Origin: Eubacteriales bacterium
Lineage (GTDB): Bacteria; Bacillota; Clostridia; Oscillospirales; CAG-272
DNA length: 64,000 nucleotides
Assembly (NCBI GenBank): GCA_045597145.1
Contig: JAZODU010000042.1
Span: 11,166-75,165, forward strand
Reading direction: 5' to 3'
Position numbers and translations under genes: made by a program. The first letter of the stretch is position 1; the number at the start of each line of letters is the position of its first letter. Positions 41,253 to 51,951 of this stretch are shown piece by piece. The notes under the pieces were generated by a model. The model ran no database searches. It was not told the origin of the DNA and saw nothing but the letters and a program-made list of their open reading frames with translations.

Positions 41253-44210
41253 ATGAGGATCAAATGGATCGCGTTTCTTCTGGCACTGGCTATGATGGCA
41301 AGCGTGCTCGTCGGCTGTAACGGCGGCGGGGATGACGCCACGGCAAAAAAGAATCCACCTGCAGGGGCTACCGAAAAAATCCCCGAAAACCTGCTGGTGC
41401 TGGCAAACGAGGGAACGACGAAGTACAGCATCATATATCCCATGTCCAAGCAGGGCTGGGCACCGGAATACGCAGAGGCTCTCTCCGAGGCGCTCGAGGA
41501 GAAGACCGGCGTTGCGATTCCCGTTAAGCACGACTCCGAGTCGGGTGCGAACGAATTTGAGATCCGCGTCGGCGACGTCAAGGGCAACCGTCGGGAGGTT
41601 CTTGAGGTTTACAGGTCGCTTGGCGGAACGATCGGCGACATGGATTTCACCATTAAGGTAGTCGGCAACACGATTTATCTTTATGGTATGAGCTCGCAGG
41701 GCGTTGCCGCCGCAGTCGACTATTTCATCAACAAGGTGCTGACGTTCGGCACGACCCTCCGCTATGCGGGTGTTGCAAAGGACGTTTTAACCTCTTATAC
41801 AAAGTCTGAAAATCCCGGCGTTACGCTGAGCAAGAACGACGAGCATTACGTTGAATTCTCTCTCGGTGCGGGGCTTTTGGTGGAAACCTTCTGCCGTCTG
41901 TCCTACACGGGTAACGGCGGCTGGCGTCTGCAGGCCAAAACGAACGCCTCCGAGCCCTTTAACGATTTCGGTGCGGCACAGCGTCTGTCTTACTCGCTGG
42001 GCGAGCCCGATCCTGCCAAGCTCTATCCCATAACCGTTACGGTTGAGGATGGTGTTGCAACGATCCGCGAGGAGGGCGGCAGCTTCGTACAGCTTTCGAC
42101 CGACGCGTTTGAGCTGAATTTCTTCGCCCCCTCGGGTCGTCTTGCAAGCACGATCACCGACGTTTACTCAAACGTGGGCGGCTGCCAGATCGTTGGTAAG
42201 CTGGAGGACGGCGAGGCTGTGTTCGGTACGGGTGAGCGCTTCAACACCTCCAACCAGCGCGGCAAGAAGATCAGCCTGGTCTCCCGAGATATCTGGAGCC
42301 AAGCCAGTGCAAGCTACGTGTCTGTTCCTCTGATGGCACTTTCCCGCGGCTCGGGTATCTTCATCAATCGCTACGAGGCGATGACGCTGGATCTGGGCAA
42401 GTCTGTTAAGGACGAATGGTGCGTTACGATCAAGAACACTCCCGTCGATTGCTACGTTTTTGCAACCGAGGAGCTCTCCGAGGTGCTGTACGGCTACACC
42501 GCACTGACCGGCTTTGCGGGTCAGCCCGAGGAATGGTCCTACGGTATGCTGATGTGCCGCTTTGCTCCCGATCTGAGCGGAAAATGGTCTACGGACATTA
42601 CGTGGAGCGATGCGAGCTACGGCACGTCCCCGGATGGCTTGATGACTGCGGATGAGCGCGGTGCCGGCGTTTACGACGTGATCGCCAAGATGGAGGAGTA
42701 CGATCTTCCTTGGACGGGCGTTCTGGCAGAGCCGTGGAGCCGTTATTCGGGTGTCAAAACGGCAGATCTGAAGGAGCTGTGCGATTACGTGCACAGCCTC
42801 GGTAAAAAATTCCTCGTTTACATCGCAGTCGGAAGCGGTATGGGTGACGGCGATGTCAGTAGCAGGATGGATTGCTTCCTTTCTCAAACGCTTCCCGACG
42901 GTACGATTAAATACAAGCTTCCCGACCAGCAGGATATTGAAGGTGGCAACCCCGACAGCGACGGTGCAGAGCGTTACTACCTCGACGTGAGTAACCCTGC
43001 GGCTTGCGAGTGGTTCTTTGGCGAGGTATGGGATGCTCTTGCGAACGAGGTCGGCGTGGACGGCTGCAAGATCGACTTCTGTGAGCTGCTGCCCGAAAGC
43101 CCCGAATTGAACTACTATGATAAGACCATGGAAACCGCAGGCTCGCACCACTGGTATCCCGTTGCGTTCTGCGCGAAGTTCTGGGAGATGATCTCCGCAA
43201 AGCCCGACAGCGGTATGTGTTATATCCGCGGCGGCGGTATCGGTCTGCAGCGCTCCCCCTACGTCTGGGGCGGTGACCAAAGACGTGAGTTTGAGAGCCT
43301 TCAGTTCCAGCTGACCTGCGTGCTTTCCTCCGGTATGTCCGGTATCCCCTTTGTCAGCTACGATATGTCGGGATACGAGTACATGGGCGGACGCGCATGG
43401 AAAACGGCTGCGGCAAGCGGCTCGTTCTGGAACGACCCGGGCAGAAGCTTTGCTTATGAATCGCAGGTATTCATCCGCGGCTTGCAGTTTACCGCGTTCA
43501 CCATTTGTATGCAGACGCACGGAACCGTGCGCTGGGCATATGAGTTTGCCGAGGAGGGCGACCGCCTCTACGAACTTAAGGACGGTGTGCTCGTTCCCCG
43601 AAAGGACAAGGACGGCAACTATATGTACGACTATGTTTACGAGCGAGACGCCAAAACGGGTAAGATCTTGACTGACAAGAGCGGCGAAAAGATCATCGTG
43701 AGGGACGCAAGCGGCAATAAAGTGATGGCAACCCCCGGAACGTATGCTTATGTGACGGATATTTACCGCGCATACGTCAAGCTCCATGAGCTGCTCACTC
43801 CCTACATTACCGAGTACAGCACGATCGCGTGCGAAACGGGCATGCCCGTGATGCGCCACATGATCCTCGGCTGGCAGGACGACGCGAACGTGTACAATAT
43901 TGACGACCAGTATATGTTCGGTGACGCGTTCCTCGTGGCTCCCATTCTCGATAACACCTACAGCCGTGATATCTATCTGCCCGAGGGCGAATGGATCGAC
44001 CTGTATACGGGTATTGAGTACACCGTTGGCAAGGACGGCATGTGGCTTGAGGATTACGCCGTTTCCATCACCTCGCTGCCTCTGTTCTACAACGTAAACA
44101 ACACGTCCGAAACGGCAGAGGAGCTGCGCCCCGGTATCGAAGAGATCTTTGCTTACCTCGACGAGATCGAGGCAGACATTCCCTCCCACCTGATCGGCAA
44201 CCTGAAGTAA
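41253..44210 (+). CDS. GH31 glycoside hydrolase lipoprotein (paralogue 2)
   Basis: Lipobox LVGC; FGTGERF, DGCKIDFCE, WGGDQ, DQYMFGDAFLVAP, YLPEGEW. Confidence 0.9.
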   Translation: MRIKWIAFLLALAMMASVLVGCNGGGDDATAKKNPPAGATEKIPENLLVLANEGTTKYSIIYPMSKQGWAPEYAEALSEALEEKTGVAIPVKHDSESGANEFEIRVGDVKGNRREVLEVYRSLGGTIGDMDFTIKVVGNTIYLYGMSSQGVAAAVDYFINKVLTFGTTLRYAGVAKDVLTSYTKSENPGVTLSKNDEHYVEFSLGAGLLVETFCRLSYTGNGGWRLQAKTNASEPFNDFGAAQRLSYSLGEPDPAKLYPITVTVEDGVATIREEGGSFVQLSTDAFELNFFAPSGRLASTITDVYSNVGGCQIVGKLEDGEAVFGTGERFNTSNQRGKKISLVSRDIWSQASASYVSVPLMALSRGSGIFINRYEAMTLDLGKSVKDEWCVTIKNTPVDCYVFATEELSEVLYGYTALTGFAGQPEEWSYGMLMCRFAPDLSGKWSTDITWSDASYGTSPDGLMTADERGAGVYDVIAKMEEYDLPWTGVLAEPWSRYSGVKTADLKELCDYVHSLGKKFLVYIAVGSGMGDGDVSSRMDCFLSQTLPDGTIKYKLPDQQDIEGGNPDSDGAERYYLDVSNPAACEWFFGEVWDALANEVGVDGCKIDFCELLPESPELNYYDKTMETAGSHHWYPVAFCAKFWEMISAKPDSGMCYIRGGGIGLQRSPYVWGGDQRREFESLQFQLTCVLSSGMSGIPFVSYDMSGYEYMGGRAWKTAAASGSFWNDPGRSFAYESQVFIRGLQFTAFTICMQTHGTVRWAYEFAEEGDRLYELKDGVLVPRKDKDGNYMYDYVYERDAKTGKILTDKSGEKIIVRDASGNKVMATPGTYAYVTDIYRAYVKLHELLTPYITEYSTIACETGMPVMRHMILGWQDDANVYNIDDQYMFGDAFLVAPILDNTYSRDIYLPEGEWIDLYTGIEYTVGKDGMWLEDYAVSITSLPLFYNVNNTSETAEELRPGIEEIFAYLDEIEADIPSHLIGNLK

Positions 44211-44219
44211 TCTAATAAT

Positions 44220-47066
44220 ATGAGAGTTAAATTAACAGCAATCGTTCTCCTTCTCGCCATGCTCGCCGCCATCCTCGTGGGGTGCGCGAGCGGCGGTGGG
44301 GGAGAGACGACACCGAAAAAGCAGACCGACACGGGCGCGCCGATCCCCAAGGATCTGTTGGCTTTGGTCGCAAACGGCAAAACGAACTATCAGATCGTGT
44401 ATCCCACGAGCGCGGAAGAAAGCGTCAAGGTGGCGGCGGCGGAGCTTGCCGATACCATTGAAGAGATGACAGGGGTCGAGATCCCCGTGGTGCACGCGCT
44501 GGAAAAGGAAAGCGATTACGAGATCCGCATCGGCAAGGTCAGCCGCAAGGACGCGTTGAGCATCTGGAACGGCTACAATGATTTCGACGAGCGCGATTAC
44601 GCAGTGGAGGTCAAGGGAAATCACCTGTACCTCTACGGCAAGACCTCAGCGTCGATAATCGCGGCGATCGGTTACCTGCGTGAGAAGGTTTTGTACACGT
44701 CGCAAAGCGTCGTGGGTGTGAAAAAGGACTTTTCACAGATCCGGCGCGCGAGCGAGAGCGAAACTGCCGTCACCTTTGAGGGGACCGACGAGGACAGCTG
44801 CTACGCATACCTGACGCTGGGTAGCGGAAGTGCCGAGACCTACCTGCGGCTGAGCTTTACGGATAACAACGGTTGGCGGATCCAGTCCAAGCGGCGCGCG
44901 TCCGAGGACTTTAACGATATCGGTGCGTCGCAACGGCTCTCCCTCTCTCTTGGAGAGCTCCCCGTGCTCAACGTCTATCCGATCACGGCGGATGTGGGTG
45001 AGAGCGAGATCACGCTGCGTGCCGAAAACGGCTCCCACGTGATCATCAACACCGAGCAATTTGCAATGAATTTCTACAACGCGGCGGGCGAGTGCTCCGC
45101 AACGATCACCGAGATCGATTCCAACGCGGGCGGCTCTTATATCAAGGGCGGTATCAACCCGAATGAGGCGATCTTCGGCACGGGCGAGCGATTCAATGCA
45201 GTCAACCAACGCGGCAAAAGTTTGAATATGTTCTCCAAGGACGAGTGGTCGACCTCGACCGCTTGCTACATGGTCATTCCGCTGCTTTGCTTCTCGCGCG
45301 GTTCGGGAATCTTCCTGAACTCCTATGAGCATATGACGCTCAAGCTCGGAGATGCAAAGAAGAAGGCGGAGGCGGACGAGTGGAGCGCGCTGATATCGGA
45401 CGCGGTGCTTGACTGCTACGTGTATACCACCGAGGAGATGAGTGAGGCAATTCAAGGCTACACCGATCTTTCGGGGCACGCCGAGATGCCGGAGGAATGG
45501 ACCTACGGCATGATCCTGTGCCGCTACAGCCCCGATCTCGCACAGAAATGGTCGACGAGCATCAAACCGGGTGAGAGCGGCGGCGGACGCGGCATGGGCG
45601 TTTACGATACCATCGCGTACATGGAGGCGTACGACCTTCCCTGGACCACGATCTCCGCAGAAGCGTGGGGACCCTACTCCCAGGACACCCAGCACCGCAA
45701 GGATCTCAAGGAGCTGTGCAACTACGTACACGGTCTTGGTAAAAAATTCATCGTGTATATGCGCGTCGGCTGGGCAAGCGGCAGAATGGCGAATTTCAGC
45801 GATGACTACCTCGTGAAAATGGTACTTCCCAACGGTAGCACGACCACAAATCTTCCCGTGGCGGAGACCAACAACCCCGACACGGTGGGCGGCGCGGATG
45901 CGTATCCCTATCTGGATATCACCAACCCGAAGGCGTGCGAGTGGTTCTTTGACGAGATTTGGGATACGCTTTCCAATGAGACCGGCGTGGACGGATGCAA
46001 AATCGATTTCTGCGAAACGCTTCCCGAATACTACGAATTGAATTATTACGACAAAACGATGCCCACGGCGGGCTCGCACCATTGGTATCCCACCGCGTTC
46101 TGCGCGAAGTTCTGGGAGATGATCTCCGCAAAGCCCGACAGCGGTATGTGCTACACGCGCGGCGGCGGTATCGGTTCCCAGAGAGCTCCCTATATGTGGG
46201 CGGGCGACCAGACGCGTACGTTCTCGTCACTGCGGATGCAGCTGATCGCGGTGCTCTCCTCGGGTATGTCGGGAGTGCCGTTCATGAGCTACGATATGTC
46301 GGGCTACAAATACGGCGTGACCAATCCGAAAACCGAGGCGCACGTGTTCGTTCGCGGTGCGCAGTATACCGCGTTTACGATTTGTATGCAGCAGCACGGA
46401 ACCGTGATGCAGGCGTTCCAGTTTGCAGAGGGCATGGTCAAGCGTGTGGCGGTCTATAAGACGGAGGGCGGCACCTACACGACCACGAAGGGAAGCAATA
46501 CCTTCGTCGGCTGGGTGGACGAAACCACGGGCGGACTTGATCCCGCAACGGGCAAGATGCGCGAGGGCGACCTCGTTTACAAGGTGGGACCCGGATCGCT
46601 TGCATGGGCGACGGATATCTACCGCGCATACGTCAAGCTGCACGAGCTGCTTACACCTTACATTACCGAATACAGCGAGATCGCGTGTGACACGGGCATG
46701 CCCGCGATGCGCCCCTTGGCACTGGGTTGGCAGGACGACGTCAACGTGTACGATATCAACGACGAATACATGTTTGGCGACGCGTTCCTCGTAGCCCCCG
46801 TTTTGGACGAAACCTACGCGCGTGACATATACCTTCCCGAGGGCAAGTGGTTGGATCTGAACACGGGAGAAACCCACACGGTTGACGCAGGTGGCAAGTG
46901 GTTGCGGAATTACGATGTGCCTATGACGGTTCTCCCCGTGTTCTACAATCTGAGTACGACCTCAAAAACCGCCGAGGAGCTGCTCCCCGGTATTCAGGAG
47001 ATCTTCGATCACCTCGAAGAGATCCAAAATGGCATTTCCGACGGTGCGTCGGTTGTGTCACAATAA
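44220..47066 (+). CDS. GH31 glycoside hydrolase lipoprotein (paralogue 3)
   Basis: Lipobox LVGC; DGCKIDFCE, WAGDQ, YMFGDAFLVAP. Confidence 0.9.
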   Translation: MRVKLTAIVLLLAMLAAILVGCASGGGGETTPKKQTDTGAPIPKDLLALVANGKTNYQIVYPTSAEESVKVAAAELADTIEEMTGVEIPVVHALEKESDYEIRIGKVSRKDALSIWNGYNDFDERDYAVEVKGNHLYLYGKTSASIIAAIGYLREKVLYTSQSVVGVKKDFSQIRRASESETAVTFEGTDEDSCYAYLTLGSGSAETYLRLSFTDNNGWRIQSKRRASEDFNDIGASQRLSLSLGELPVLNVYPITADVGESEITLRAENGSHVIINTEQFAMNFYNAAGECSATITEIDSNAGGSYIKGGINPNEAIFGTGERFNAVNQRGKSLNMFSKDEWSTSTACYMVIPLLCFSRGSGIFLNSYEHMTLKLGDAKKKAEADEWSALISDAVLDCYVYTTEEMSEAIQGYTDLSGHAEMPEEWTYGMILCRYSPDLAQKWSTSIKPGESGGGRGMGVYDTIAYMEAYDLPWTTISAEAWGPYSQDTQHRKDLKELCNYVHGLGKKFIVYMRVGWASGRMANFSDDYLVKMVLPNGSTTTNLPVAETNNPDTVGGADAYPYLDITNPKACEWFFDEIWDTLSNETGVDGCKIDFCETLPEYYELNYYDKTMPTAGSHHWYPTAFCAKFWEMISAKPDSGMCYTRGGGIGSQRAPYMWAGDQTRTFSSLRMQLIAVLSSGMSGVPFMSYDMSGYKYGVTNPKTEAHVFVRGAQYTAFTICMQQHGTVMQAFQFAEGMVKRVAVYKTEGGTYTTTKGSNTFVGWVDETTGGLDPATGKMREGDLVYKVGPGSLAWATDIYRAYVKLHELLTPYITEYSEIACDTGMPAMRPLALGWQDDVNVYDINDEYMFGDAFLVAPVLDETYARDIYLPEGKWLDLNTGETHTVDAGGKWLRNYDVPMTVLPVFYNLSTTSKTAEELLPGIQEIFDHLEEIQNGISDGASVVSQ

Positions 47067-47109
47067 TCGAAGAATCAAAAATAATATATACAAAAGGAGG
47101 TTTTTTGAT

Positions 47110-50016
47110 TTGAAAATCAGATTGATTGCAATCGTTCTGTTGCTTACAATGGTTGCTGCCTGCTTCGTGGGCTGTAACAGCGGCAAGGACGATACCACGA
47201 CTAAGAAGCCGACGGTGTCCACACCGGATGAGGATAAGGTTCCCGAAGGGCTTTTGGCACTGGTTGAGAAAAATGCTTCAAAATACCAGATCGTTTACCC
47301 CATGAATTCCGGTGAGTCCGTGCAGGCAATTGCGGAGCAGCTTTCGGGCCTGATTCTGGAAACGACGAACGTTGAGATTCCCGTCGTGCAGGACATCGGT
47401 GTTGGTGTTGCGGAATCCGAGTACGAGATCCGTGTCGGTAAGGTCAGCCGTATGGACGCACTGAGCGTCTGGTCGAGCTACAACCACCTGACCGAGCGCG
47501 ACTTTGCGGTCGAGGTGCACGGAAAACACGTTTACATCTACGGTACTACACAGCTGGCGATCACCACGGCGATGGAGTACTTCATTCAGAAGGTCATTTA
47601 CATGACACCGAATGTCGTGGGCATCAAGAACGACTTCTCGATGCTCTACGTTGAGGAGGCTTGCGAGAACGTGACCTTCACGGGCGCGGATGAGAATTAC
47701 GCGTACCTTACGCTCAATCCCGGTAGGATCTCTGAATCTTACCTGCGCATCAGCTTCAGCGACAACAAGGGCTGGCGTTTGCAGACCAAGAACAACGCGT
47801 CAGCAGAGTTCAATGATTTCGGCGCGTCCCAGAGATTGGCTTACTCGCTTGGCGAGGAGATGCCGCTCAACGTCTATCCCATCACGGCAAGCGTGGAGGG
47901 TGACCGGGTGACCATCCGCGAGGAGGGTGGCACGCACATGGTCATCAATACCGCAAGCTTTGAAATCAACGTTTACAACAGCAAGGGCGAGTGCTCTGCA
48001 ACCATTACGAACATTTCCTCCAACCTCGGCGGCTCCGTGATCGAGGGTAAGGTCAACCCCAACGAAGCGATCTACGGTACGGGTGAGCGCTTCAACGCGG
48101 TCAACCAGAGAGGGCGGAAGATCCACATGTTCACCAAGGACATCTGGTCCCAGTCGGACGCTTGTTACATGGTCATTCCGATGCTTTGCTTCTCCCGCGG
48201 CTCGGGTATCTTCCTCAACATTTACGAGGAGATGAACCTGGAGCTCGGTAAGGCCAACAAGAAGTCGCAGGAGGACATCTGGACGGCAGAGATCAACGGC
48301 ACGACGCTTGACTGCTACATCTTCGCTACCGAGCAGATGAGCGAGGCACTCCTCGGCTACACCGATCTCTCGGGACACGCCGAGATGCCCGAGGAATGGA
48401 CCTACGGTATGATCATCTGCCGCTACGGTCCCGACCTCTCCCAGAAGTGGACGACTTCCATCACGCCCGGTGAAACCAGCGACGGACGCGACATGGGCGT
48501 TTACGAAGCGATCGCTTACCACGAAGCGTACGACCTTCCCTGGACGGCAATCCTTGCCGAGAGCTGGGGTGCGTACACCGAGGATAAATACAAGGATCTC
48601 AGGGAGCTTTGCGATTACACCCACAGCCTGGGCAAAAAGTTCCTCGTGTATATGCGCGTGGGTCTTGCAGACAACTCTATGGGAGGATACTCGCCCGACT
48701 ATCTGGTTCAGATGGTGAAGCCCGACGGCACAACCACCACGCAGCTTCCCGCAGCAGCATCCAATAACCCCGACACGGGCGGAACCGGTGCGGGTGTCAA
48801 GACCTATCCTTACATCGACGTTTCCGACCCCGCGGCCTGCGAGTGGTTCTTCGAGGAGATCTGGTACAAACTTTCGAACGAGATCGGCGTGGACGGATGT
48901 AAGATCGACTTCTGCGAAACCCTTCCCGAGTATTATGAATTGAACTATTACGATGAGAATCTTCCTACGTCCGGTTCTCACCACTGGTATCCCTCCGCAT
49001 TCTGTGCGAAATTCTTTGAAATGATCTCCTCCAAGCCCGACAGCGGCATGTGCTACACGCGCGGCGGCGGTATCGGTGCACAGAGAGCCCCCTACATGTG
49101 GGCGGGCGACCAGTTCCGTAAATGGGAGGCGATCGGCTGGCAGCTGACGGCGGTCCTGTCCTCCGGTATGTCGGGCGTGCCCTTCATGAGCTACGATATG
49201 TCCGGCTACCAGTACGGCAATGCTCCCACGGGCTCGATCGGCGGGTTTACGGTCAAGGATCCTCAGTACGAGGCAAAGGTCTTCGTACGCGGCTTGCAGT
49301 TCACCGCATTCACCATCTGCATGCAGCAGCACGGTAAGGTCAGACAGGCGTTTGACTTCGCCGAGGGTGATATCCACATGGTGGGAATTTACAAAGACGC
49401 TAATGGCACTTATACGACCACGAAGGGGGGGAACACCTTTGTTCGTTGGTGCGCGGCGACCACGGGCGGATTTGACAATAAGACCGGATACTTCAAGGGC
49501 ATCGATCCCGCAACCGGAAAGCTGCAGCCGGGCACGGCGTATAAGTACGTTTACGAGATCCAACCGGGCGAGATGAGCTACGTGACCGATATCTATCGCG
49601 CGTACGTCAAGCTCCACGAGCTGCTCACACCTTACATCACCGAGCTTTCCAAGGAGGCTTGCGAAACGGGTATGCCCGTGGCAAGAATCCTGGCACTCCA
49701 GTGGCAGGATGACGTCAACGTGTACGATATTCAGGACGAATATATGTTCGGTGACGCATTCCTCATCGCTCCCATCCTTGATGACACCTACTCCCGCGAC
49801 ATTTACCTGCCCGAAGGCGAGTGGATCGACCTGATGACGGGTACGGAGTACACGGTAGATGCCGAGGGTATGTGGCTTGAGGATTACAAGGTATCCCTTG
49901 CGGATATGCCCGTGTTCTACAACAAGAATACCACCTCCGCAACCGCGACCGAGCTGCTTTCCGGTATTCAGGAGATTTTTGATTACCTCGATACCATCAA
50001 GCTTCCCGCAGCGTGA
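47110..50016 (+). CDS. GH31 glycoside hydrolase lipoprotein (paralogue 4)
   Basis: TTG start after AAAGGAGG; lipobox FVGC; same GH31 motifs. Confidence 0.9.
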   Translation: MKIRLIAIVLLLTMVAACFVGCNSGKDDTTTKKPTVSTPDEDKVPEGLLALVEKNASKYQIVYPMNSGESVQAIAEQLSGLILETTNVEIPVVQDIGVGVAESEYEIRVGKVSRMDALSVWSSYNHLTERDFAVEVHGKHVYIYGTTQLAITTAMEYFIQKVIYMTPNVVGIKNDFSMLYVEEACENVTFTGADENYAYLTLNPGRISESYLRISFSDNKGWRLQTKNNASAEFNDFGASQRLAYSLGEEMPLNVYPITASVEGDRVTIREEGGTHMVINTASFEINVYNSKGECSATITNISSNLGGSVIEGKVNPNEAIYGTGERFNAVNQRGRKIHMFTKDIWSQSDACYMVIPMLCFSRGSGIFLNIYEEMNLELGKANKKSQEDIWTAEINGTTLDCYIFATEQMSEALLGYTDLSGHAEMPEEWTYGMIICRYGPDLSQKWTTSITPGETSDGRDMGVYEAIAYHEAYDLPWTAILAESWGAYTEDKYKDLRELCDYTHSLGKKFLVYMRVGLADNSMGGYSPDYLVQMVKPDGTTTTQLPAAASNNPDTGGTGAGVKTYPYIDVSDPAACEWFFEEIWYKLSNEIGVDGCKIDFCETLPEYYELNYYDENLPTSGSHHWYPSAFCAKFFEMISSKPDSGMCYTRGGGIGAQRAPYMWAGDQFRKWEAIGWQLTAVLSSGMSGVPFMSYDMSGYQYGNAPTGSIGGFTVKDPQYEAKVFVRGLQFTAFTICMQQHGKVRQAFDFAEGDIHMVGIYKDANGTYTTTKGGNTFVRWCAATTGGFDNKTGYFKGIDPATGKLQPGTAYKYVYEIQPGEMSYVTDIYRAYVKLHELLTPYITELSKEACETGMPVARILALQWQDDVNVYDIQDEYMFGDAFLIAPILDDTYSRDIYLPEGEWIDLMTGTEYTVDAEGMWLEDYKVSLADMPVFYNKNTTSATATELLSGIQEIFDYLDTIKLPAA

Positions 50017-50079
50017 TCGACGGATTCAAACAGAAACCAATTTTTAGGTAAATAAATATACAATGGAGGAATAAAACTC

Positions 50080-51879
50080 ATGAAAAAAGTATTGATTGCA
50101 ATGCTGCTTCTGGCAAGCCTGCTTCTGACCATGACTGCGTGCAACAACGGCGAAACCGACGACACGACTGCCGCGCAAGGGCAGAATGCTGCGGCAAAGA
50201 AGAAAATCACCGTTGAATTTGACAAAAGAGGTGTCGTTGACCCCGAGAAGTACAAGGGTAGAACCGACATTGAGGTCGTGATTATTCCCGAGGGTGCAAA
50301 GACCATCAACAAGGGCACCTTCGAGGGCTGCATCAACCTCAAGGTCGTTAAGTTCTCTTCCACCATGCAGAGCATCGGTGAGGCTTCGTTCAAGAACTGC
50401 GTATCCCTGAAGGAAGTTCACATCGCCAGCGAGCTCAGATTCGTTTCCAATGACGCATTTGAGAATTGCCCCGTTGAGTACGTTGTATTCGACGATTCTA
50501 TGACCACCATCGGCGGTCAGCTCAAGCTGAACAGATTCTCCAAGCTCAAGAAGGTAGACTTCGGCGCAGAGGTTACCAAGATCGATTCCGGTATGTTTGC
50601 AAACTGCCTGTATCTGGAAACCATCGAGCTCCCCTCCACGCTGACCAACCTCGGTAACTTCGCATTCGAGAACTGCACCAACCTCAAGACCGTTGTGCTT
50701 CCCGCAGGTCTTGAAAAGCTGGGTACCAGCGCATTCTCAGGCTGTAAGGCTCTTGCCACCATTGCGATCCCCGAAAACGTGGATTCCATTGGTGCCCAGG
50801 CGTTTATGAACTGCACCGCGCTCAAGACCATCGTGCTTCCCGCAACGATCGACGAGCTTGGCGAATCCATCTTCAAGGGCTGCACCGCGCTTGAGAGCGT
50901 TTCCATGCCCGGCGTAACCAAGATCGGCAACGACGTATTCAAGAACTGCGCTTCCTTGACTACCCTGGGCGATACCTCTGCTCTGACCAGCGTTGGCACT
51001 GAGTGCTTCACCGGTTGCACTTCTCTGGTATCCATCGACGTTTCCGGTCTTACCGCAATTCCCACCAGACTGTTCTACAACTGCGCTTCTCTGGCAACCG
51101 TTACCCTGAACGATAACCTGACCTCGATCGGTGACGAGGCGTTCAGAAACACCGCGATCCTGAGCTTTGAAATTCCCGCAAGCGTGACCGAGATCGGTCT
51201 TGCAACCTTCCAGGGCACCGCTATTTCCGAGATCACTCTTCCCGAGGGCGTTCTTTCCATCGGCGACTACGCATTCAAGGATTGCGAGCAGCTCGCAAGC
51301 GTGATCCTTCCCGAGAGCCTTGAGTCCATCGGTATGTACGCATTCTACAACACGGCACTGACCGAGGTTGTGATTCCCGCAAACGTAACCGAGATCAAGA
51401 CCAACACCTTTGCGTGGTGTGGCGAGCTTGTCAGCGTTGATCTGAACAACGTGACCAAGATCGGCAACGACGCGTTCAAGTCCTGCGCAGTGCTGGCTGA
51501 CGTTGATCCGGGCGCTGTTACCGAGATCGGTGCATTTGCATTCGCAAGATGCGCGGCTCTGACTGAAATGGATCTGACGAATGTTGTGACCATCCGCAAC
51601 GACGCATTCCACGGCTGTGCAAACCTCGCACAGATCACCGTTTCCAACGTACTGAAGCACATCGAGGACAGTGCGTTCTTCGCAGCAGCAACCGCTGATG
51701 GCGTTGAGCTGACCGTTATCGGCGGCGACACCACCGCAGTTGAGCTCTACGGCGTTCTCAACAGCGCGATCGACGGCAAGATCGCCAAGGCTCCGAACTG
51801 CCAGTCCAGACCCGATTTCGACGACATCTATCAGGGCCTGAAGGATTGGAGCAGCGATTACAACGCTCCTGCAAACTAA
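50080..51879 (+). CDS. BspA-type leucine-rich repeat lipoprotein
   Basis: Lipobox MTAC; many IGxxAFxxCxxLxxVxLP repeats. Confidence 0.9.
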   Translation: MKKVLIAMLLLASLLLTMTACNNGETDDTTAAQGQNAAAKKKITVEFDKRGVVDPEKYKGRTDIEVVIIPEGAKTINKGTFEGCINLKVVKFSSTMQSIGEASFKNCVSLKEVHIASELRFVSNDAFENCPVEYVVFDDSMTTIGGQLKLNRFSKLKKVDFGAEVTKIDSGMFANCLYLETIELPSTLTNLGNFAFENCTNLKTVVLPAGLEKLGTSAFSGCKALATIAIPENVDSIGAQAFMNCTALKTIVLPATIDELGESIFKGCTALESVSMPGVTKIGNDVFKNCASLTTLGDTSALTSVGTECFTGCTSLVSIDVSGLTAIPTRLFYNCASLATVTLNDNLTSIGDEAFRNTAILSFEIPASVTEIGLATFQGTAISEITLPEGVLSIGDYAFKDCEQLASVILPESLESIGMYAFYNTALTEVVIPANVTEIKTNTFAWCGELVSVDLNNVTKIGNDAFKSCAVLADVDPGAVTEIGAFAFARCAALTEMDLTNVVTIRNDAFHGCANLAQITVSNVLKHIEDSAFFAAATADGVELTVIGGDTTAVELYGVLNSAIDGKIAKAPNCQSRPDFDDIYQGLKDWSSDYNAPAN

Positions 51880-51951
51880 TTGCCAACGTCTCGCCCTCTC
51901 CCCGCACGCACGGGGAGAGGGAAGCGAAGTCTATAATTTGAAGAAAGAGAG

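Noticed and set aside
40140-49220. Near-identical blocks as a diversity-generating retroelement TR/VR pair
   Set aside because: No reverse transcriptase; differences are not adenine-specific; all copies are inside paralogous genes
35273-50016. Sulfoglycolysis locus (GH31 plus PfkB kinase)
   Set aside because: No sulfoquinovosidase MADFGE motif, no isomerase or aldolase, and the kinase looks like ordinary RbsK
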